From: an uncultured virus (IMG/VR IMGVR_UViG_3300037847_003885)
Lineage: Duplodnaviria; Heunggongvirae; Uroviricota; Caudoviricetes
Reading direction: 5' to 3' (one strand)
IMG/VR virus record: IMGVR_UViG_3300037847_003885
Location: 56,465 to 76,464 of that record
Length of the DNA stretch: 20,000 nt
Below, piece after piece: positions 16,946 through 20,000 of the stretch. Numbering within the stretch: position 1 is the first letter of the stretch; every line of letters starts with the position of its first letter. The notes below the pieces were generated by a model that did not search any database, was not told the DNA's origin, and saw only the letters and a program-made list of their open reading frames with translations. The position numbers were made by a program, and so were the translations under genes.

Positions 16946-17959
16946 CTATTTATTTAATGTATTCCAAGCGTCATCAAATGCTTTTTTCTTGTCATCTTTT
17001 GGTTTTTCCATACCTTTAGGTGGCTTACCACCAATAGCGATGACCATTACAACGCCTTTCTTTTTCTTCTTATCATCCATTTTATTCATCTCCTTTGTTT
17101 TCTTTTTCTGTTGCTCTATGAATCTACGGTATATACCTGCTTCTTGTTTTTTACCCATTTCTCTTGCTCTTTGTTCCATAGCGATAGCCGCTTGAGTTTT
17201 GTGAGCATGAGTTCTACTACTGTTTTTGATTTTACTAACTGACTGTCTTGCTTTTTGAGGATTTTTAAATCCTAAATTATGTATTGTTCCTTTTGGGTTT
17301 TCATCAGTATACAAATCGGAATGCTTCTTTGAACCCGCAGGTTGTCCTTTTTTACGAGGTATACGAGGTGCTTTTAATAATCTAAATGCGATTTCTATTG
17401 GATTGCCTTTGTAAGTATCAATAAAATCTTGAGAAAACCCATCTGTTTCAGTCATTTTTGGGATACTTTGCATATATCTTTCTCTTAGAGGTGCATACTT
17501 AGGATTAGTCATCATCTGCATAAGTTGATATTCTCCTTCCAATTCTAAAGCATCTTCATATTCATCACGATTTGGATATATTTCACGAGAGTAAGGCATA
17601 TTTAATTCAGCCAATTTATACGCTTCATCTTGTAAAGCCATCATCATGTTAAAACTACTCATAGGGTCATTGATGAAATCTTCTTTTACAATTGTAGGCT
17701 TACCACCGACTCCTTGTTTCTTACTACGCTTTCTTTTAGTAGCGGCTTGTTTTTGCCCTTCGGACATTGAGCCGGAAGTTTTTGGAGTTTTACTTGAAAC
17801 TTTTACACTCGGTCTACACTTTGGATAACCTTTGCTTGAAGTCTTGGCTTTTGACCTACCGCATGGCGGGTGCTTACCATCCTTATCTTTACGACTAACA
17901 TCAACCCACTTTTCTTTGAACCATCGGTTCAAGTTCTTGCGGATTAATACTTTAGTCAT
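16946..17959 (-). CDS. Modular, highly basic hypothetical protein (337 aa)
   Basis: AAGGTGA SD. Modules: 'RWFKEKWVD..CGRS..YPKCRP', an acidic middle, 'RIPRKKGQP..HSDLYTDENPKGTI..AMEQRA', and a K-rich tail ending AFDDAWNTLNK. Confidence 0.8.
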   Translation of the reverse strand: MTKVLIRKNLNRWFKEKWVDVSRKDKDGKHPPCGRSKAKTSSKGYPKCRPSVKVSSKTPKTSGSMSEGQKQAATKRKRSKKQGVGGKPTIVKEDFINDPMSSFNMMMALQDEAYKLAELNMPYSREIYPNRDEYEDALELEGEYQLMQMMTNPKYAPLRERYMQSIPKMTETDGFSQDFIDTYKGNPIEIAFRLLKAPRIPRKKGQPAGSKKHSDLYTDENPKGTIHNLGFKNPQKARQSVSKIKNSSRTHAHKTQAAIAMEQRAREMGKKQEAGIYRRFIEQQKKKTKEMNKMDDKKKKKGVVMVIAIGGKPPKGMEKPKDDKKKAFDDAWNTLNK

Positions 17960-17963
17960 GTAC

Positions 17964-18125
17964 TCACCTTACTGCAACCATTTTTTTGATGTTTCTTTGT
18001 TTATCTAACAAAGCATAGCAAGGGCATTTAGGTGCAGTTGCAGAACATTGGTTACCTTGCACCATACAAATACAAGGTGTTTTTTTAGTTCCACCACAAC
18101 AACATTTATCTTTTTTAAGTTTCAT
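17964..18125 (-). CDS. Cys-rich basic mini-protein (53 aa, 8 Cys; not in ORF track)
   Basis: MKLKKDKCCCGGTKKTPCICMVQGNQCSATAPKCPCYALLDKQRNIKKMVAVR*. ATGA overlap with the upstream gene; its stop lies within the next gene's SD. Confidence 0.75.
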   Translation of the reverse strand: MKLKKDKCCCGGTKKTPCICMVQGNQCSATAPKCPCYALLDKQRNIKKMVAVR

Positions 18126-18307
18126 TTTTTCTTCCCCTTCTTTCTAAACTTACCACGACAATATTGAACAGCCCATCCATTAGCATAGGCTGACGGATAA
18201 ACTTTGAATTTACGCTTTGCCGCCGCTTTACCTTCGGGGCATAGTTTCTTTTCTAAAAAGTCAAACGCACTATCCATTCCAATACAATGTCCACATTCAC
18301 AACTCAC
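18122..18307 (-). CDS. Small basic protein with YPSAYA motif (~61 aa)
   Basis: GGGTGA SD, then a GTG at 18307 that overlaps the terminase TGA. MSCECGHC...AFDFLEKKLCPEGKAAAKRKFKVYPSAYANGWAVQYC... Confidence 0.75.
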   Translation of the reverse strand: MSCECGHCIGMDSAFDFLEKKLCPEGKAAAKRKFKVYPSAYANGWAVQYCRGKFRKKGKKK

Positions 18308-19791
18308 GGTATCACCCAATCATTTTTTCCATAATTTCTGTGTGGTTTCCCTGTTATCCACTCATCAAAGCCCGGTAATACATCATCAAGTAATACTACT
18401 GAACCCTTGAATTCTTTTGTTCCCCAATTAGCCAAAGCCAATGCCATAGCCAAGTCATCGTGAGTTCCTACAGATTCTAGTTTGCCATTCTTCTGCATAC
18501 CAAATCTGTTTAACTCGGATTCTAACTTATGTGTAAATTCACGACTTCGCTCATCACCGTATGGAGTTTTTATTTGTCCTTGCTCAAACGCCATAAGAAG
18601 TGACATGAACATACTTTCTTTTCTTTGGCGTGTTGTCATAAATGTACGAATAGGAATATCCCCTCTCATGTCTTGAAGTTCAGCCGCAAACATACGCTGA
18701 AAGTTGTTACCTTCAAGTTCAATCAAATCGGGTTGAAACCTGTTATTTAACAGTAAAATTTGTTTTTTCTGTGCCGCACCACCAAGACCTTTTTCGTGTA
18801 CAATACCAACTATTTCTTTGATATTATCACCCGGTGGTGTTCTTAGTACTAACATAGCGGTATAGTCAGCGTTCTTATCGGAAGCAATCGCTGTATCCCA
18901 TCCGATAAAGTGCTGTCCAAATACCCCTGCCGGATTACCCTCTTCATCGAATTCAGTATCAGCCCTATCAAGAAGCACTAACTCTTTATCACGAGCCGCC
19001 TCAAGTATAGTAGCAGGGAACATACTCGCTACATCGTGGATAGGTTCACACAGATACTCACGGCTAAATTGTATAGCGGGCATTGATAATCGCCTTTGTT
19101 CAAGTGCCTCAAGATTCCATCTTTCCGGCCAAAGTGCTATACCTTCCGCATTGATAGCAGGATATGTTTCTACAGCAAATGTTTCTTTTTCTTCAAGTTC
19201 AGCATACAAGTCATTGTAACTAAACGGTGTACCAACCATCATCAATCGTGCTGTGTGGTGCAGTACCGGGAGTAATACACCATAGAACCAATCGGCGGCT
19301 CTTTGTAACTCTCCACCTGTAGTACCCCACAAGATGTCATCACATACTACTACATCGGGGTGGAAACCACGAGTAGCACCACCAACCGACTTAGCCATGA
19401 TACGGCTACCGTTAGTGAACTCGAAGTATGATTTAGCCCAAGGTCTACCTTGGTCGGGCTTCAAACCTCTTAGAATATCAGCACTTTCTATGTTATTACG
19501 AATAAATCTCATGTGTTCAAGTGTCTGTTCTAATGAGTGTGAGAAAATCATGATGTGAGTACCGGGGTTGAAAGCGGCTATCCATAGAGCATACGACATA
19601 AACAAAGTGGATTTACCGTGGTCACGACTCGCTTTAACGCAGTAGTAACGATTTTCTTTCAATCCTTTATCCCACATCTCATGGTGATGACTGTAATGAA
19701 AACCAAGTATATCTGTAAAAAAGAACTTAAATGACTTTTCAGCCATCTTTCTATCCATATCTAGGATAAACTGTTCCATGTTTTCACTCAT
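18304..19791 (-). CDS. terL: Terminase large subunit (495 aa)
   Basis: Walker A 'ASRDHGKST', Walker B 'VVCDD', motif III 'VGTP', 'FSREYLC', and nuclease acidic motifs 'IGWDTA', 'ADYTA', 'ELEGN', 'HDDLAMALA'. Confidence 0.93.
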   Translation of the reverse strand: MSENMEQFILDMDRKMAEKSFKFFFTDILGFHYSHHHEMWDKGLKENRYYCVKASRDHGKSTLFMSYALWIAAFNPGTHIMIFSHSLEQTLEHMRFIRNNIESADILRGLKPDQGRPWAKSYFEFTNGSRIMAKSVGGATRGFHPDVVVCDDILWGTTGGELQRAADWFYGVLLPVLHHTARLMMVGTPFSYNDLYAELEEKETFAVETYPAINAEGIALWPERWNLEALEQRRLSMPAIQFSREYLCEPIHDVASMFPATILEAARDKELVLLDRADTEFDEEGNPAGVFGQHFIGWDTAIASDKNADYTAMLVLRTPPGDNIKEIVGIVHEKGLGGAAQKKQILLLNNRFQPDLIELEGNNFQRMFAAELQDMRGDIPIRTFMTTRQRKESMFMSLLMAFEQGQIKTPYGDERSREFTHKLESELNRFGMQKNGKLESVGTHDDLAMALALANWGTKEFKGSVVLLDDVLPGFDEWITGKPHRNYGKNDWVIP

Positions 19792-19795
19792 AGTA

Positions 19796-20000
19796 TCATC
19801 TCAATTTTAGTAAAGTATATGCGGCAAATGTTCCTATTTCATGGGGTGTCATCTTGTAAACTATATCAGCACCTAACTTTTCAGTAAGTGCGGTAACGAA
19901 TGATTTATTTTGCATCAGTTGGTTTTGATGGAATTCTTCGGGAGAAAGAAACATACTTTGGTCACCGGGTACTTGTCCTACTTGACCTTGTGGTACTTGA
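19796..20000 (-). CDS. 3' end of a hypothetical protein (partial; not in ORF track)
   Basis: Open frame from the edge: QVPQGQVGQVPGDQSMFLSPEEFHQNQLMQNKSFVTALTEKLGADIVYKMTPHEIGTFAAYTLLKLR*. Stop is 4 nt before the terL ATG. Confidence 0.65.
   Translation of the reverse strand, partial: QVPQGQVGQVPGDQSMFLSPEEFHQNQLMQNKSFVTALTEKLGADIVYKMTPHEIGTFAAYTLLKLR

Noticed and set aside
836..19558. All plus-strand ORFs in the track
   Set aside because: They are antisense shadows of longer minus-strand genes, with no convincing SD or protein-like features.

Overview
A 20-kb, AT-rich, densely packed segment with every credible gene on the minus strand. It is the head-morphogenesis module of a tailed (HK97-fold) dsDNA virus. 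Archaeal-type signals (GGTGA/GAGGTG Shine-Dalgarno motifs, TATA boxes about 28 nt before apparently leaderless starts) and the gene style suggest an archaeal virus, most likely a magrovirus of Marine Group II Euryarchaeota/Poseidoniales (inference, no database search). Transcription order, right to left: partial ORF; terminase large subunit; two small Cys-containing basic ORFs; a modular basic protein; a LAGLIDADG-domain protein; portal with zinc-ribbon inserts and an (MPPGMPMGG)n tail; four small coiled-coil or Cys-rich proteins; a ~1,856-aa protein ending in an ATP-dependent DNA-ligase fold with substituted catalytic residues; prohead protease-scaffold; major capsid protein; several small virion proteins; a partial head-tail adaptor. 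Five genes missing from the ORF track were found by hand. Main points of interest: the giant pseudo-ligase in the head module, recurrent lysine-ending motifs and a shared C-terminal WDE-x-H motif that may form a capsid-loading and processing code, a possibly domesticated LAGLIDADG gene coupled to the portal, many Cys-rich modules, and strong avoidance of GATC, AGCT, CCAG/CTGG and GCWGC.
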